DNA of 64,000 nucleotides, from positions 160,375 to 224,374 of the forward strand of contig CAWDKS010000008.1 of the NCBI GenBank assembly GCA_963802965.1. The letters run 5' to 3'. Under the pieces are notes generated by a model. That model searched no databases, was not told the DNA's origin, and saw only the letters and a list, made by a program, of their open reading frames with translations. Position numbers and translations under genes: made by a program. The DNA is from an uncultured Verrucomicrobiae bacterium (GTDB taxonomy: Bacteria > Verrucomicrobiota > Verrucomicrobiia > Limisphaerales > UBA11358). Of this stretch, positions 11,101-19,931 are shown piece by piece. Positions within the stretch are counted from its first letter, which is position 1, and each line of letters opens with the position of its first letter.

Positions 11101-11253
11101 GACGACGCGCGGGAAATTGGTCTGCGGAAACACTGACGACGGCATCCGCAGAGCTGACAACACGCCCGCCAGGCACAACGCCACGGCGATGAACGTGATG
11201 GACAACGCGTGCCGCGTGGCGAACCGGCCCAGGAATGAAGTGGTGGAGGTCAT
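8167..11253 (-). CDS. RND efflux pump inner-membrane subunit (AcrB/CzcA superfamily)
   Basis: 1028 aa. Typical RND N-terminus (FIAVALCLAGVLSALRMPSSVFPQTNFPRVVILV), 12-TM layout and two large periplasmic loops. Confidence 0.9.
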   Translation of the reverse strand: MTSTTSFLGRFATRHALSITFIAVALCLAGVLSALRMPSSVFPQTNFPRVVILVDNGIMPADEMMATVTRPIEEAMKDIPGAVSVRSATKRGSAQINIFFNWRVDMERSELYVLGRLSQIRGDLPATAGTEVERVTFSAFPIIGISLTSSNRDIMDLWETANYQLKPLFLQIPGVAKVEILGGHVPEYHVVVDPLRLQAAGLGLPDVSDALAKNNLVAPAGMIEENYHLYLTTVDGRAHSPEDIGNVVIAVRGGHPICIRDVARVERGPAPAFTVVTAQGRNAVLLNVQSQPDGSTLDIAAALKTKMRQLQQELPPDMHLDFFYDQSQFVRDSVGSVWDAIIFGLILSVFILYFFLKNWGSVWTAIVTIPITVLITFVAMKLANMSFNMMTLGGIAASIGLIIDNAIVVVEAMCVKIAAGRPRLAGIQEAIGEILYPLIGSTLTPVVVFIPLAFLTGVAGVFFRALALTMVVSLLVSLVLALTLTPSLAAWFIRDREKMEHGHAPKSLEGGFLLTQVIRIYEFAVRAALRHGWLTMLACGLIFAGGVGIYRQLDSDFLPDFDEGGFVIDYWSPPGTSLTETSRILNEAEEILRANPDVEGYSRRLGAEMGMFITEPYRGDFAVKLKASRQHTTEEVIAGLRHKFSQRFPMVRWEFPGILTDVIGDLQLTPDPIEIKLFSPDLKWLEQTAPRVQEQIKTIPGVVDTFDGLTETGPSINLRVRPAEAERFGFTAQDIAAAANTALLGQVASSMLDGDRVVNIRVLDEPSSVNGVAAMRELPLRTPSGAVVRLNQVADVSVEPSQVELVRDDLRQDIIVSARLEGRDLGSTMREIQDKLSQDKWLPPGTVEYGGLYQQQQESFRNLVVVLAAAILLVFTVLVIEFRSFNEPVAIVFGSVLALFGTVAALWITGITLNIVSILGAIIGIGIVAKNGILMLDFVQQLEAGGAELVEALVRSGHRRLRPVLMTSMAAALGMLPLAYGIGAGADMLRPLAIAVIGALCISVLLSLVATPVAYYILRSFKKVTPPK

Positions 11254-11287
11254 TCGAAATTATTTGGAATAAATCAATCGCCCTTTG

Positions 11288-11427
11288 GGAATGACTAATG
11301 ACGAAACCATAATGACGAAGGAATGACAAAATCCGAATGACCAATACCTGAAAGCGCGCCGCGAAACGTTCTTGAATTTCGTCATTGGGAATTCTTTGGT
11401 CATTAGGATTTAGGAATTAGTCATTTT
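11288..11427. repeat. Inverted arrays of AATGAC / GTCATT motifs in the adaptor-pump intergenic region
   Basis: Left half carries AATGAC five times (gaatgactaatgacgaaaccataatgacgaaggaatgacaaaatccgaatgacc). Right half carries GTCATT three times plus ttagtcatt. Together they form a long imperfect hairpin inside the operon. Confidence 0.7.
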
Positions 11428-11465
11428 CCCCGCAAAAGCGACGTCAACGCCACCATGGCCCAATT

Positions 11466-12479
11466 TCATTGTTTACCAGTCGGATTCACGACTTGGATCC
11501 TTGTTTTCTCCGGCAAACCATAAGCGCCAATCGTCACGACGGAATCGCCTGCCTTGATTCCGGTCCCGGCAATTTCCACCCAGCCGTCCTCGCGCAAATC
11601 CGTTTGCACCGGCATTTGTGTCGCCTCGTCGCCCTTGACCAGCGCGATGACGCTGTGACCACTTTCATCCGTCACGACACTTTCAATCGGCGCGGCGAGG
11701 CAGTTGGTGTGAACTGCTGTGACCACGCGCAATTGAACAAACTGTCCGGGACGCAATCCGCTGTCCACCGCCAGCGTCGCGCGCGTTAAAACCGTGCCGC
11801 TGGCCATGTCCACCGCCGGGCTGATGAACGCCAGCGTCGCGGTTGCCGGCGGGTCGGTCAACACCTGCACTTCCTCGCCGGTTTTCAAATCATTCGCCTC
11901 TGCCGCCGGGATACTCGCGCTCACCGCAAGCCGGTTCAGGTCAATCACCTCGGCCACAATTGTATTTACGTCCACCGATTCGCCGGGCTTGACGTTGAGG
12001 CGCGTGACGGTGCCGGACAACGGCGCGATGACGCGCAACGAAGCGAGTTGCGCCCCGGCATCCTGCAAATTTTTCAAAGAAGTGTCTTGTTGCGCGTATA
12101 ATTTTTCCTGTCGGGCCGCAGCCTGTTCCGCGAAATCCGCCGTCATCGCGCCCGAATTCAACTCCACCAGCACGTCACCCTTGTTGACCTGCTGGCCGGC
12201 GACGACGTTGACCTTCGCAACGACTCCCGCGACCGGCGCGGCCAGTGTCGCGCCAGCCGCCGGTTGCTCCGCCGTGGCGGGCGCGGGTTCAACCGTGCCA
12301 TAGCCTTCGACGTAACGATGCAGCGTAACGTTTGTGAGCGCGCCAACCTGGACCGTGACGACGCTCGGCGTTGTTTCTTCGTCGGACGCGGCGGCCGGGC
12401 CGCGCGATTTGATGAGCGCAACGACGCCCAGCCCCGCGGCCAAGACGACAATGCCCGTGATGATTTGTTTTCGACTCAT
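11466..12479 (-). CDS. RND efflux periplasmic adaptor (MFP/HlyD family)
   Basis: 337 aa with N-terminal TM (IITGIVVLAAGLGVVALI), lipoyl/beta-barrel motifs and a 4-nt overlap with the upstream OMP gene. Confidence 0.85.
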   Translation of the reverse strand: MSRKQIITGIVVLAAGLGVVALIKSRGPAAASDEETTPSVVTVQVGALTNVTLHRYVEGYGTVEPAPATAEQPAAGATLAAPVAGVVAKVNVVAGQQVNKGDVLVELNSGAMTADFAEQAAARQEKLYAQQDTSLKNLQDAGAQLASLRVIAPLSGTVTRLNVKPGESVDVNTIVAEVIDLNRLAVSASIPAAEANDLKTGEEVQVLTDPPATATLAFISPAVDMASGTVLTRATLAVDSGLRPGQFVQLRVVTAVHTNCLAAPIESVVTDESGHSVIALVKGDEATQMPVQTDLREDGWVEIAGTGIKAGDSVVTIGAYGLPEKTRIQVVNPTGKQ

Positions 12480-13882
12480 TTGGAAGAATGGTTGGGAGTT
12501 TCGGGTGAATTATTTTCCGCGGCGCGAATCGTGTCCGGCGCCAGCGTCAACGGACTTTGGACGGCGTCCTCCAACTGGCCGAGCGCCTGCTGCGCCTTGA
12601 CGAGCGCGTCGAGCCGGCTTTGCGCGCCGGTGGCGTATTCGGCTTCGGCGTTGGCCAAAGTCAGCGGCTCCACTTCGCCCGCCTGCGCCTGCGCGTGGAC
12701 GGAATCCAGTTGTTTCTGAAAATCATCCAGCAACGTTTTTGCCGTCGCCGATTTTTGCAGCGCCGCGTCGTAACCGGCCAGTGCGCTGTCAATTTCGGCG
12801 ATGGCGGTGGTTTGCACCGTCAGAAAATGCGCGGCGGCGGCGGCGCGTTTCGCCTTTGCCTCGGCGACCGGACCTTGATTATGATTTAGAACCGGCAAAT
12901 CCAAAGAAACGCCGAGCGACCATTTGTTGTCGGTTTGATCCAGTTCGTAGCCGGGGCCGAGATGGAGGTCAGGATATTGTTTGGCGATTTCAAGCTGGAG
13001 CGCGGACTGGCTGGCGGCGTAATCAGCCAGCGCGCTCCGCACATCGGCTCGGTTCAAAATCGCATCACGCCGGATTTCCGGCGCGGTCAGGTCCTGTGGA
13101 AATTGGTCCAGCCCGTCGAATGAAAATTTCACGCCGTCCAGCGCGCGCAACGGCAGGCCGAGCGCGCCGGCCAGTTGCACGCGCGCCTGGCCGGACTGGC
13201 CGGTGGCATCCTGACGCGCCAGCCGCGTGGTGCCCAGCGTAACGCGGGCCTGCGTGACTTCGTAACTGGACACCGCGCCGGCGGCAAACTGGCCTTCGAG
13301 CAGCCGGACGACGTTGCTTTGCGCCGCTTCCTGCCGCGCGAGCAGTGCTTCGGTTTCGCGCGCGGCGTAAAGATTGAGCAGCGCCGCGCGGACATGGCTG
13401 CGCGTCTGCCACGCGGCGCCTACGAAATCCCAGCGCGCGGCTTCGGAAAGATGCTCCGCTTCCGCAATGCGCCTGCCACGCTTGCCGGCGGTCTCAATCG
13501 GAATGTCCCACGTCACGCCAAAAATCCACGGCGGCGGCGTGGTGGTGTCGTAGGTGGGCGTGAAGCCGACGGTGGGATTCGGGCGCTCGCCCGCCGTGAT
13601 TTTTGCCGCCTGGACCGCCGCCCATTGCGCCCGCGCCTCGGCCAGCGCCGGCTGATAATAAAATGCGACGAGCGTGAGCGCGTTCAAGTCCCAGGAATCT
13701 CGCGGCCAGTCGCCGGTGACGTGATTGGTCTCGAGAAATGCATGCAAATTTTCGTCGCTCAACGACCGCGCGTCGAAGGCGGCAGCGGTTTTCTCCGGCG
13801 AAACCGGCTGCGAATGGAACGTGGCGCAACCGGCAAAGACAAGAACCGAAGCAAGGAACATCCAACATCGAACATCGAACAT
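12476..13882 (-). CDS. TolC/NodT-family outer-membrane efflux lipoprotein
   Basis: Lipobox LVFAGC followed by two TolC-type repeat halves. Start is probably ATG 13882 or 13861. The longer track ORF (to 13963) reads through a palindromic repeat. Confidence 0.8.
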   Translation of the reverse strand: MFDVRCWMFLASVLVFAGCATFHSQPVSPEKTAAAFDARSLSDENLHAFLETNHVTGDWPRDSWDLNALTLVAFYYQPALAEARAQWAAVQAAKITAGERPNPTVGFTPTYDTTTPPPWIFGVTWDIPIETAGKRGRRIAEAEHLSEAARWDFVGAAWQTRSHVRAALLNLYAARETEALLARQEAAQSNVVRLLEGQFAAGAVSSYEVTQARVTLGTTRLARQDATGQSGQARVQLAGALGLPLRALDGVKFSFDGLDQFPQDLTAPEIRRDAILNRADVRSALADYAASQSALQLEIAKQYPDLHLGPGYELDQTDNKWSLGVSLDLPVLNHNQGPVAEAKAKRAAAAAHFLTVQTTAIAEIDSALAGYDAALQKSATAKTLLDDFQKQLDSVHAQAQAGEVEPLTLANAEAEYATGAQSRLDALVKAQQALGQLEDAVQSPLTLAPDTIRAAENNSPETPNHSSK

Positions 13883-13959
13883 CCAACGCCCAATGAAATT
13901 TGCGAACGGCGCGCGCCGCAAATTGTATGTTCGATGTTGAATGTTGAATGTTCGATGTT
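13856..13959. repeat. Palindromic element with heptamer-array arms (family A)
   Basis: Left arm GAACATC-CAACATC-GAACATC-GAACATC. Right arm is an inverted array (atgttcgatgttgaatgttgaatgttcgatgtt). Central part holds the palindrome AAATTTGCG...CGCAAATT. A sibling copy lies inside lysS. Confidence 0.85.
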
Positions 13960-13963
13960 TCAT

Positions 13964-15049
13964 TTATTTTGTGTCCAGCGGCAGGCGCACAGTGACGGTG
14001 GTAAGTTTGGAGGGCACGGACTCGATTTGGATCGTCCCGCGATGCGCGGAGACAATCCATTTGGCGATGCTCAAGCCGAGACCGCAGCCGTCCACCGTCG
14101 GGCTGTGCGCCGGGTCGCCGCGAAAGAAGCGGTCGAAAACGCGCGGCAAAACTTCCGGCGGAATTCCCGGCCCGGTGTTCGCAATGGTGAATTCCACCAT
14201 GTCGCCGGCGCGCCGCAAACTCATCATCACGCGACCCTGTGGCTGATTGTATTTGACGGCGTTGTCGGCGAGGTTCAACAGGAGCTGGCGCAAACGATGG
14301 CGGTCGCCGCGCACGGCAATCTCCTCGCAAGCTGAGAGTTCAACATAAATGCCGTGCGGCTCGGCGAGAATCTGCGCGTCGGCGAAATTATCCCGCACCA
14401 GTTCATCCAGTTTCACCGGTTCCATCGCCAGCGTGATTTGTCCAGCGTCGGCCCTGGCCAGCAGCGTGAGGCCGTCCACGATGCGCGCGAGGCGGCGCAA
14501 TTCGTCGAGCTGGCTGGCGGCGCGTTCGCGCTCGGCGGGCGGGAGTGATTCGTCGCGCGAGGCGATTTCCGCCTCGCCGCACAGGACCGTCAGCGGCGTC
14601 TTGAGTTCGTGCGAGGCGTGCAGCGTGAATTCGCGGGTGCGATTGAACGAATCGTCGAGCCGCGCCAGCATGCCGTTGAAAACCTCCGTGAGCCGGTCCA
14701 GTTCGTCGCCGTTGCCCGTGCGTGGCAGCCGGTCGCCCAAATTTTGGGCGCTGATTTTTTCCGTCGCCCATGTGAGGGTGGCGACGGGCGCGAGGGATTT
14801 TTTCATGAGCCACCAGCCGCCGGCCAGCGCGAGCAGCGCCGCCGGCACGCCGCACCACAGCACGATGCTCGTCACGTCTTCAAAAACATCAGGGTCAACC
14901 CCTTCTTCTTCGCCCCGTTCATGGTTATGCCGCTGCATTTCGTGGCGCGGCTCGATGATGAGTTGATAATAAAGCAGGCTGCCCATGACCATCAACGCGA
15001 TAAACATGATGGCGGCATACCACAAACTCAAGCGCGTGCGGATGGTCAT
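13964..15049 (-). CDS. Sensor histidine kinase (CusS/CzcS-like heavy-metal sensor type)
   Basis: TM-periplasmic-TM-HAMP layout, H-box ASHELKTPLT and HATPase_c (GLGLSIAKWIV). Overlaps the response-regulator gene by 4 nt. Confidence 0.85.
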   Translation of the reverse strand: MTIRTRLSLWYAAIMFIALMVMGSLLYYQLIIEPRHEMQRHNHERGEEEGVDPDVFEDVTSIVLWCGVPAALLALAGGWWLMKKSLAPVATLTWATEKISAQNLGDRLPRTGNGDELDRLTEVFNGMLARLDDSFNRTREFTLHASHELKTPLTVLCGEAEIASRDESLPPAERERAASQLDELRRLARIVDGLTLLARADAGQITLAMEPVKLDELVRDNFADAQILAEPHGIYVELSACEEIAVRGDRHRLRQLLLNLADNAVKYNQPQGRVMMSLRRAGDMVEFTIANTGPGIPPEVLPRVFDRFFRGDPAHSPTVDGCGLGLSIAKWIVSAHRGTIQIESVPSKLTTVTVRLPLDTK

Positions 15050-15726
15050 GGCGCTTCCTTCAACATGTAGCCCGCGCCGCGGACGGTGTGGAGCAGCTTG
15101 GGTTCGAAGTCCGCGTCAATTTTTTCGCGCAGGCGCTTGACATAAACGTCCACGAGGTTCGTGCCGGGATCGAAATCGTAGTCCCAGACTTTTTCGAGAA
15201 TCATCATGCGCCCGCACAGCCGGCCCGCCGAGCGCATGAGAAATTCGAGCAGCCGGTATTCGCGTGCGGTCAGCTCGATTTTTGTTTCGCCGCGTTGCGC
15301 CTGGCGCGTCAGTGTGTCGAGCGTCAAATCCGCGACGCGCAGCACGGCGGATTTGTTTTCGCCGCCGCGGCGCGTCAGGGCGCGGACACGGGCGACGAGT
15401 TCGACGAGTTCAAAAGGTTTTGGCAGATAATCGTCCGCGCCGGTGTTCAAACCTTCGACACGTTCATTGACTTCGCCGCGCGCGGACAGAAGCAGGACGG
15501 GCGTGGTGTTTTTGCGTTCGCGCAACAGGCGCAACACGCTCAAACCGTCACGGCCCGGCAGCATGATGTCGAGCACGATGCCGTCGAAGGGCGTCGCTCG
15601 CGTCGCGGCGAGCGCGTCATCGCCGTTGTGGCAAACATCCACCGCGAAACCTTCGGCCTGCAACGCCTTGCGGACAAATGACGCCGTCTTCTTTTCGTCT
15701 TCAACGACCAGGATGCGCATCGGCAA
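15046..15726 (-). CDS. OmpR-family response regulator (CusR/CzcR-like)
   Basis: MRILVVEDEKKTASFVRKAL receiver domain plus a winged-helix C-terminus (LTAREYRLLEFLM...VRGAGYML). Confidence 0.9.
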   Translation of the reverse strand: MPMRILVVEDEKKTASFVRKALQAEGFAVDVCHNGDDALAATRATPFDGIVLDIMLPGRDGLSVLRLLRERKNTTPVLLLSARGEVNERVEGLNTGADDYLPKPFELVELVARVRALTRRGGENKSAVLRVADLTLDTLTRQAQRGETKIELTAREYRLLEFLMRSAGRLCGRMMILEKVWDYDFDPGTNLVDVYVKRLREKIDADFEPKLLHTVRGAGYMLKEAP

Positions 15727-15765
15727 GAGATTATATCACAATCACGAGGCGGCGAAATCTTTTCG

Positions 15766-16356
15766 TCATTGCACCGGCTTGCCGGCCAGCATGTCCAGGA
15801 GGTCCTTGTAAGCTTCCGCGAAAGCATCCGCGTTGACCTGATCCATGGCATTGGGCGCAAGTTGTTCGATAAGTTGAATCCGGTTCAAAACCAACGGCAG
15901 ATCTTCCGGGCCGGGGTGTTTTGGGTCGGATAAACCGTCCTCGTTCAGATCCTCGATCAAATTCTGCCGCTCGTCGGCGGAAAGGCTTGGATCGTTGATC
16001 GCGCCGATCCAATAGGCCTCGGCAACAGGATCCGCTCCCACGAAACTCAACGCCATGCGCGCCGTGGGATCCTGCGGCCCGTTCGCGTTTGCGGGCAGCG
16101 CGGTTTGGGCGGCGACCGTTTGCGGCTTCACAACCTGCTGAACGTTCGCCGGAGCCGGCGGAATTTGCGTTTTACCTTCAGACACCGGAATTTTCGCAGC
16201 CGGTGTTGATTCGGAAACGGCCGGCTTCGTTGCCGGTTGAGTGACGCGGGGCAATGCAATCGGGGGCGCGATTTTGAGATTGGCAATGATCACACTCGCA
16301 ACGGCGGCCATGAGCGCGACCGCCAGACCTGGAACAAGGATTTTTTTCGCATTCAT
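15766..16356 (-). CDS. Hypothetical secreted/anchored protein
   Basis: 196 aa with N-terminal hydrophobic segment (ILVPGLAVALMAAVASVIIA), a Pro/Ala/Gln-rich linker and an acidic C-terminal domain. I recognise no family. Confidence 0.5.
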   Translation of the reverse strand: MNAKKILVPGLAVALMAAVASVIIANLKIAPPIALPRVTQPATKPAVSESTPAAKIPVSEGKTQIPPAPANVQQVVKPQTVAAQTALPANANGPQDPTARMALSFVGADPVAEAYWIGAINDPSLSADERQNLIEDLNEDGLSDPKHPGPEDLPLVLNRIQLIEQLAPNAMDQVNADAFAEAYKDLLDMLAGKPVQ

Positions 16357-16374
16357 GTCAGCACGGCTCCAACT

Positions 16375-17073
16375 TTATTTCGTCGCGTGTGATTGCAGCG
16401 ACAGCGGGGTTTTCCCCTCGATTTCTTCCACGCAGCCGACACCTGGTGCGTAAAGCTTGTATTCCATATCGCCGTCGGAGGCGCGCTCCTTGATTTTCAG
16501 ACAATTTTGAAAAGTTCCCGCCGGGACCGTCGCCGTTTCAGAAAGCGAAACAATCTCGTCTGCCTCCCAGGTGATGGGCGGAGCGTCCTCGGATTTGAAC
16601 TTGTCGCCGACTTTGGGATGCGCGGGTATCAGCAGGCCGAGTTTTTGTGTATCATTGCCGAACAGCCACGCGCCGCTGTGGCCGGTGATTTTTCCGTGGC
16701 TGTATTCGTCCACGTCTTCGCCCAGATAATAAACATTGCCGTTGTCGTCCTGCGCAAAATAATCCAGCGTCGCTTCGGTCAACTCACCGCCGGCGTTGAA
16801 TTCGCGGTCTTCCACCGTGAGCGCCTCGACGGTTTGCCCGCCGACCTGGAATGTTTTATGAACTTCCGGCCGCGCGGTGCGCTCGACGCGTTCGTTTTCA
16901 TTTTGCAAAACGTCCTGTTTGAGCGATGCCAGCGGCAGATAGGGATTCGTGATTTCGCGTGGATGGGAAAATTCCGGCAATTCCGTTTGGGCGGTTTTTG
17001 TTGAATTCATATTTGCGCAGCCCGTCATCAAACCGGCGGCCAACACAACCCCAAAAGAGATTTTACTTTTCAT
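16375..17073 (-). CDS. Hypothetical lipoprotein
   Basis: 232 aa with lipobox LMTGC. I recognise no family. Confidence 0.55.
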   Translation of the reverse strand: MKSKISFGVVLAAGLMTGCANMNSTKTAQTELPEFSHPREITNPYLPLASLKQDVLQNENERVERTARPEVHKTFQVGGQTVEALTVEDREFNAGGELTEATLDYFAQDDNGNVYYLGEDVDEYSHGKITGHSGAWLFGNDTQKLGLLIPAHPKVGDKFKSEDAPPITWEADEIVSLSETATVPAGTFQNCLKIKERASDGDMEYKLYAPGVGCVEEIEGKTPLSLQSHATK

Positions 17074-17192
17074 GTGTTTGTTTTTGATTTTCTGATCCGA
17101 TGGTTTTCCGACCGTTCATCGAACAATAAACCAGCCCCATGAACTTTCCATTAAGTGCGAGTGACAGTGTTGTCATCTAACAGCCGGAGCAA

Positions 17193-18581
17193 TTACTCAT
17201 ACCGCAGCGCTTCAATCGGGTCGAGGCGCGAGGCTTTCCATGCCGGATAAAATCCAAAAGCGATTCCGACGGTAACCGACACTGCGACAGCGGCAATAAT
17301 TGCCGGCACGGACGGCATGGTCGGCCAATGCAACAGGGCCGTGACGGCGAGCGACACCCCGCGCCCCAGCAAAATTCCGGCAATGCCGCCAGCCAGACAA
17401 AGCACCACCGCCTCCACCAGAAACTGCCGAAGAATGTCGCGCGACCGGGCGCCGACGGCCATGCGCAATCCAATCTCCCGCGTCCGTTCGGTGACGGATA
17501 CCAGCATGATGTTCATGATTCCAACGCCGCCAACGACCAGCGAAATCAATGCCACGATGAGGAGAAGCTTGGTCATCACGCCGCTGGTGGAGGCGAGCGC
17601 CTGCGAGATTTCGGTCAGATTGTGAACCCGGAAATCGTCCAGCGTGCCGGGTTGATTATCCAGATCGCTGGCTTGAATATGATGCCGTTCGCGCATCAGG
17701 ACGGTGATCTGGCGAACGGCCTTCGGGATGTCCTGCGGCGTGTCGGCGGACATCCAGATGTCGTCTATGTCCGAGAACCGCGTCACCTGCGGCGTGTCGG
17801 CGGCCTGAATCGGGTCTTGTTGGGGATAAAGCGCAACCGATTGGTTCGGATAAAGCTGGTTGAGGGAATTGACCCCGCTGGACGCGGTGGCAGCGCTCGC
17901 AGACTGTCCGTTTTGCCGGACGCCGGTCACGCGAAACTTGATGGTGGTCCAAGGAGCGGCGAGGAAGTCATCTTGGTCCTGCCCCATCATATTCGGCCCT
18001 TTCCGGCTCAAGACGCCGACGATTCTCATCCCGACGTCCTTGACGCGGATTTGCTTCCCGAGCGGAGATTCGCCGCCGAACAATTGCTTGGCGATGGTCT
18101 GCCCGATGATGCAGACGGCCGCCGCACTGCGCACATCTTGTTCCGTGAAACATTCTCCGTCGGAAAGTGGCCAGTTCCGAACCACCAGGTAATCCAGCGT
18201 CGTGCCGAGGATGCGGCCTGGATTCCAGTTGCGATTGCCATAAATGATCTGGGCGCGGCAGTCCACGCTGGGAGCAACCCATTTGATGGCGCTGCAATTT
18301 TGGCGGATGGCGTCAGCATCCATGGGCGTGAGGGTCGGTTGCCCGCCGGCGCCTGAATTGATGCCGGCGATCATCATGTGCGCGGGATCCATCTGGATGA
18401 CATTGGCGCCCAGGCTGGCAATGGTCTGCTCGATGGAATAGGAGGAACCGCGGCCAATCTCCATCATGGCGATGACGGCAGCGATGCCGATGATGATGCC
18501 CAGACAAGTCAGCACCGAGCGCATGATATTGCGGCGCAAGGCACGCAAGGCCATCCGCAGGGTTCCATGGAAAGTATTCAC
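17193..18581 (-). CDS. MacB-type ABC transporter permease, paralog of 2481..3866
   Basis: 462 aa, collinear and highly similar to the other copy (identical first 17 aa, [17 protein letters not shown]). No fused ATPase. Confidence 0.85.
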   Translation of the reverse strand: MNTFHGTLRMALRALRRNIMRSVLTCLGIIIGIAAVIAMMEIGRGSSYSIEQTIASLGANVIQMDPAHMMIAGINSGAGGQPTLTPMDADAIRQNCSAIKWVAPSVDCRAQIIYGNRNWNPGRILGTTLDYLVVRNWPLSDGECFTEQDVRSAAAVCIIGQTIAKQLFGGESPLGKQIRVKDVGMRIVGVLSRKGPNMMGQDQDDFLAAPWTTIKFRVTGVRQNGQSASAATASSGVNSLNQLYPNQSVALYPQQDPIQAADTPQVTRFSDIDDIWMSADTPQDIPKAVRQITVLMRERHHIQASDLDNQPGTLDDFRVHNLTEISQALASTSGVMTKLLLIVALISLVVGGVGIMNIMLVSVTERTREIGLRMAVGARSRDILRQFLVEAVVLCLAGGIAGILLGRGVSLAVTALLHWPTMPSVPAIIAAVAVSVTVGIAFGFYPAWKASRLDPIEALRYE

Positions 18582-18587
18582 GTTCGT

Positions 18588-19856
18588 TCAGCGCCTGATA
18601 AAGTGGGGCACGAAAGGGTTTTGGGTCACACCCTGCTCCGGTCCCGTGGTTTCGCCCGTGACGACCTCTTCACCCTCTTTCAGATTATCGGCTGTGACGG
18701 CGGTGTTGGAACCATCCGAAGTTCCGACCTTCACCTCAACGGGCCGGACGAATTCGCCGTCCTTCAACCAGACGACGCCCTTGCTTCTCTTTGCGCCTTT
18801 GGCACCGGACGGATTGTCAGCCGGCGGGTCAACCGGATTTTGCGAACGCGCGTCGGCCGCTATCTCGTTAGGCGACGATGGCGACCAGCGCAATGCCGCG
18901 TTGGGGACCAGCAGGGCATTGGTTTGATTGCTCACGGTAAAATCCACGTTGGCGGTCAGGTAAGGCAGCAAAACCTTGTCCGCATTTTCCGTGTTCACCA
19001 CCACCGTATACATCACCACGTTTTGTGTCATCGTGGCATTCAGGCGCACCTTGCCGACCGTGCCCTCGAATTGCCGGCCCGGAAAGGCGTCGCAGGTGAA
19101 GGTGACCGGCGCGCCGGGCTTGATCCGTGCGACATCCGCCTCGTTCACCGCCACCCAGATTTGCATTTTCGTCAAATCCTGGGCGATGAGGAAAAGGCTC
19201 GGCGCGTTGAGGCTGGACACGACGGTCTGACCGATGTTCACGCGACGATCAATGATGACACCCGTGACCGGCGATTTGATGACACAGAAATCCAGGTTCC
19301 GCTGCGCCTTGTCCAAATCGGCTTGCGCTTGTGCGATACCCGACTTGGCGACGGAGACATTTGCCTTGGCAACTTCATAATTCGCCTTGTCGGTATCGTA
19401 ATCCACCTCCGCCATCAATTTGTTATTGAATAACTCTTGCGCGCGTTTCCATTCCGCCTCGGCCTGGTCGAGTTTCGCGTTCATCTGTTCGAGATTTGCG
19501 GCGGCGGTCAATTCACCCGCCTTGGCGACGGAGAGATCGGCGGCATAAACCGAATCGTCAATCTTCGCCAGCACGGCGCCACGCTCCACCACCGAGTTGT
19601 AGTCAATCGTCTGGCTGGCGATGTCCGTGCCGAAAGTCGTGATCCGCCCGGCGACTTGCGCGCCCACGTCCACCGTTTCACTCGGTTCAATGGTGCCGCT
19701 GGAGCTGATGGTGGCTGCGACATCACCGCGTTTCACGACCGCCGTGCGAAATGACAATTGAGAGTTGTTCCGTGCGTGCCACCACCAGACGCCGGCCACG
19801 AGGGCGAGGACGGCGAGGGCAACCGCGACAACCGGTATTTTCAAAAAGCGTCGCAT
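18588..19856 (-). CDS. MacA-like periplasmic adaptor, paralog of 1210..2478
   Basis: 422 aa, collinear with the other copy (long identical blocks such as [41 protein letters not shown]). Confidence 0.85.
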   Translation of the reverse strand: MRRFLKIPVVAVALAVLALVAGVWWWHARNNSQLSFRTAVVKRGDVAATISSSGTIEPSETVDVGAQVAGRITTFGTDIASQTIDYNSVVERGAVLAKIDDSVYAADLSVAKAGELTAAANLEQMNAKLDQAEAEWKRAQELFNNKLMAEVDYDTDKANYEVAKANVSVAKSGIAQAQADLDKAQRNLDFCVIKSPVTGVIIDRRVNIGQTVVSSLNAPSLFLIAQDLTKMQIWVAVNEADVARIKPGAPVTFTCDAFPGRQFEGTVGKVRLNATMTQNVVMYTVVVNTENADKVLLPYLTANVDFTVSNQTNALLVPNAALRWSPSSPNEIAADARSQNPVDPPADNPSGAKGAKRSKGVVWLKDGEFVRPVEVKVGTSDGSNTAVTADNLKEGEEVVTGETTGPEQGVTQNPFVPHFIRR

Positions 19857-19931
19857 GAGTCGCTAGCGTCGCGCTGCGCGCGGATGACAGTTTCGTCACC
19901 CACCTGTTAGCCGGACAAGACCACAGCGCGG

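Noticed and set aside
8380-11344. Alternate-frame and antisense ORFs within the RND pump gene (e.g. 8380..9480 +, 10043..11344 -)
   Set aside because: They overlap a 1028-aa ORF with a full RND architecture, and their compositions are low complexity.
12476-13963. Full-length track version of the TolC-like ORF starting MKHRTFNIQHRTYNL...
   Set aside because: The first ~27-34 codons are a read-through of the family A palindromic repeat. The lipoprotein signal begins at the internal Met (13882 or 13861).
13175-14335. 386-aa plus-strand ORF spanning the TolC-like and kinase genes
   Set aside because: Antisense to two well-supported minus-strand genes, and it crosses the palindromic repeat.
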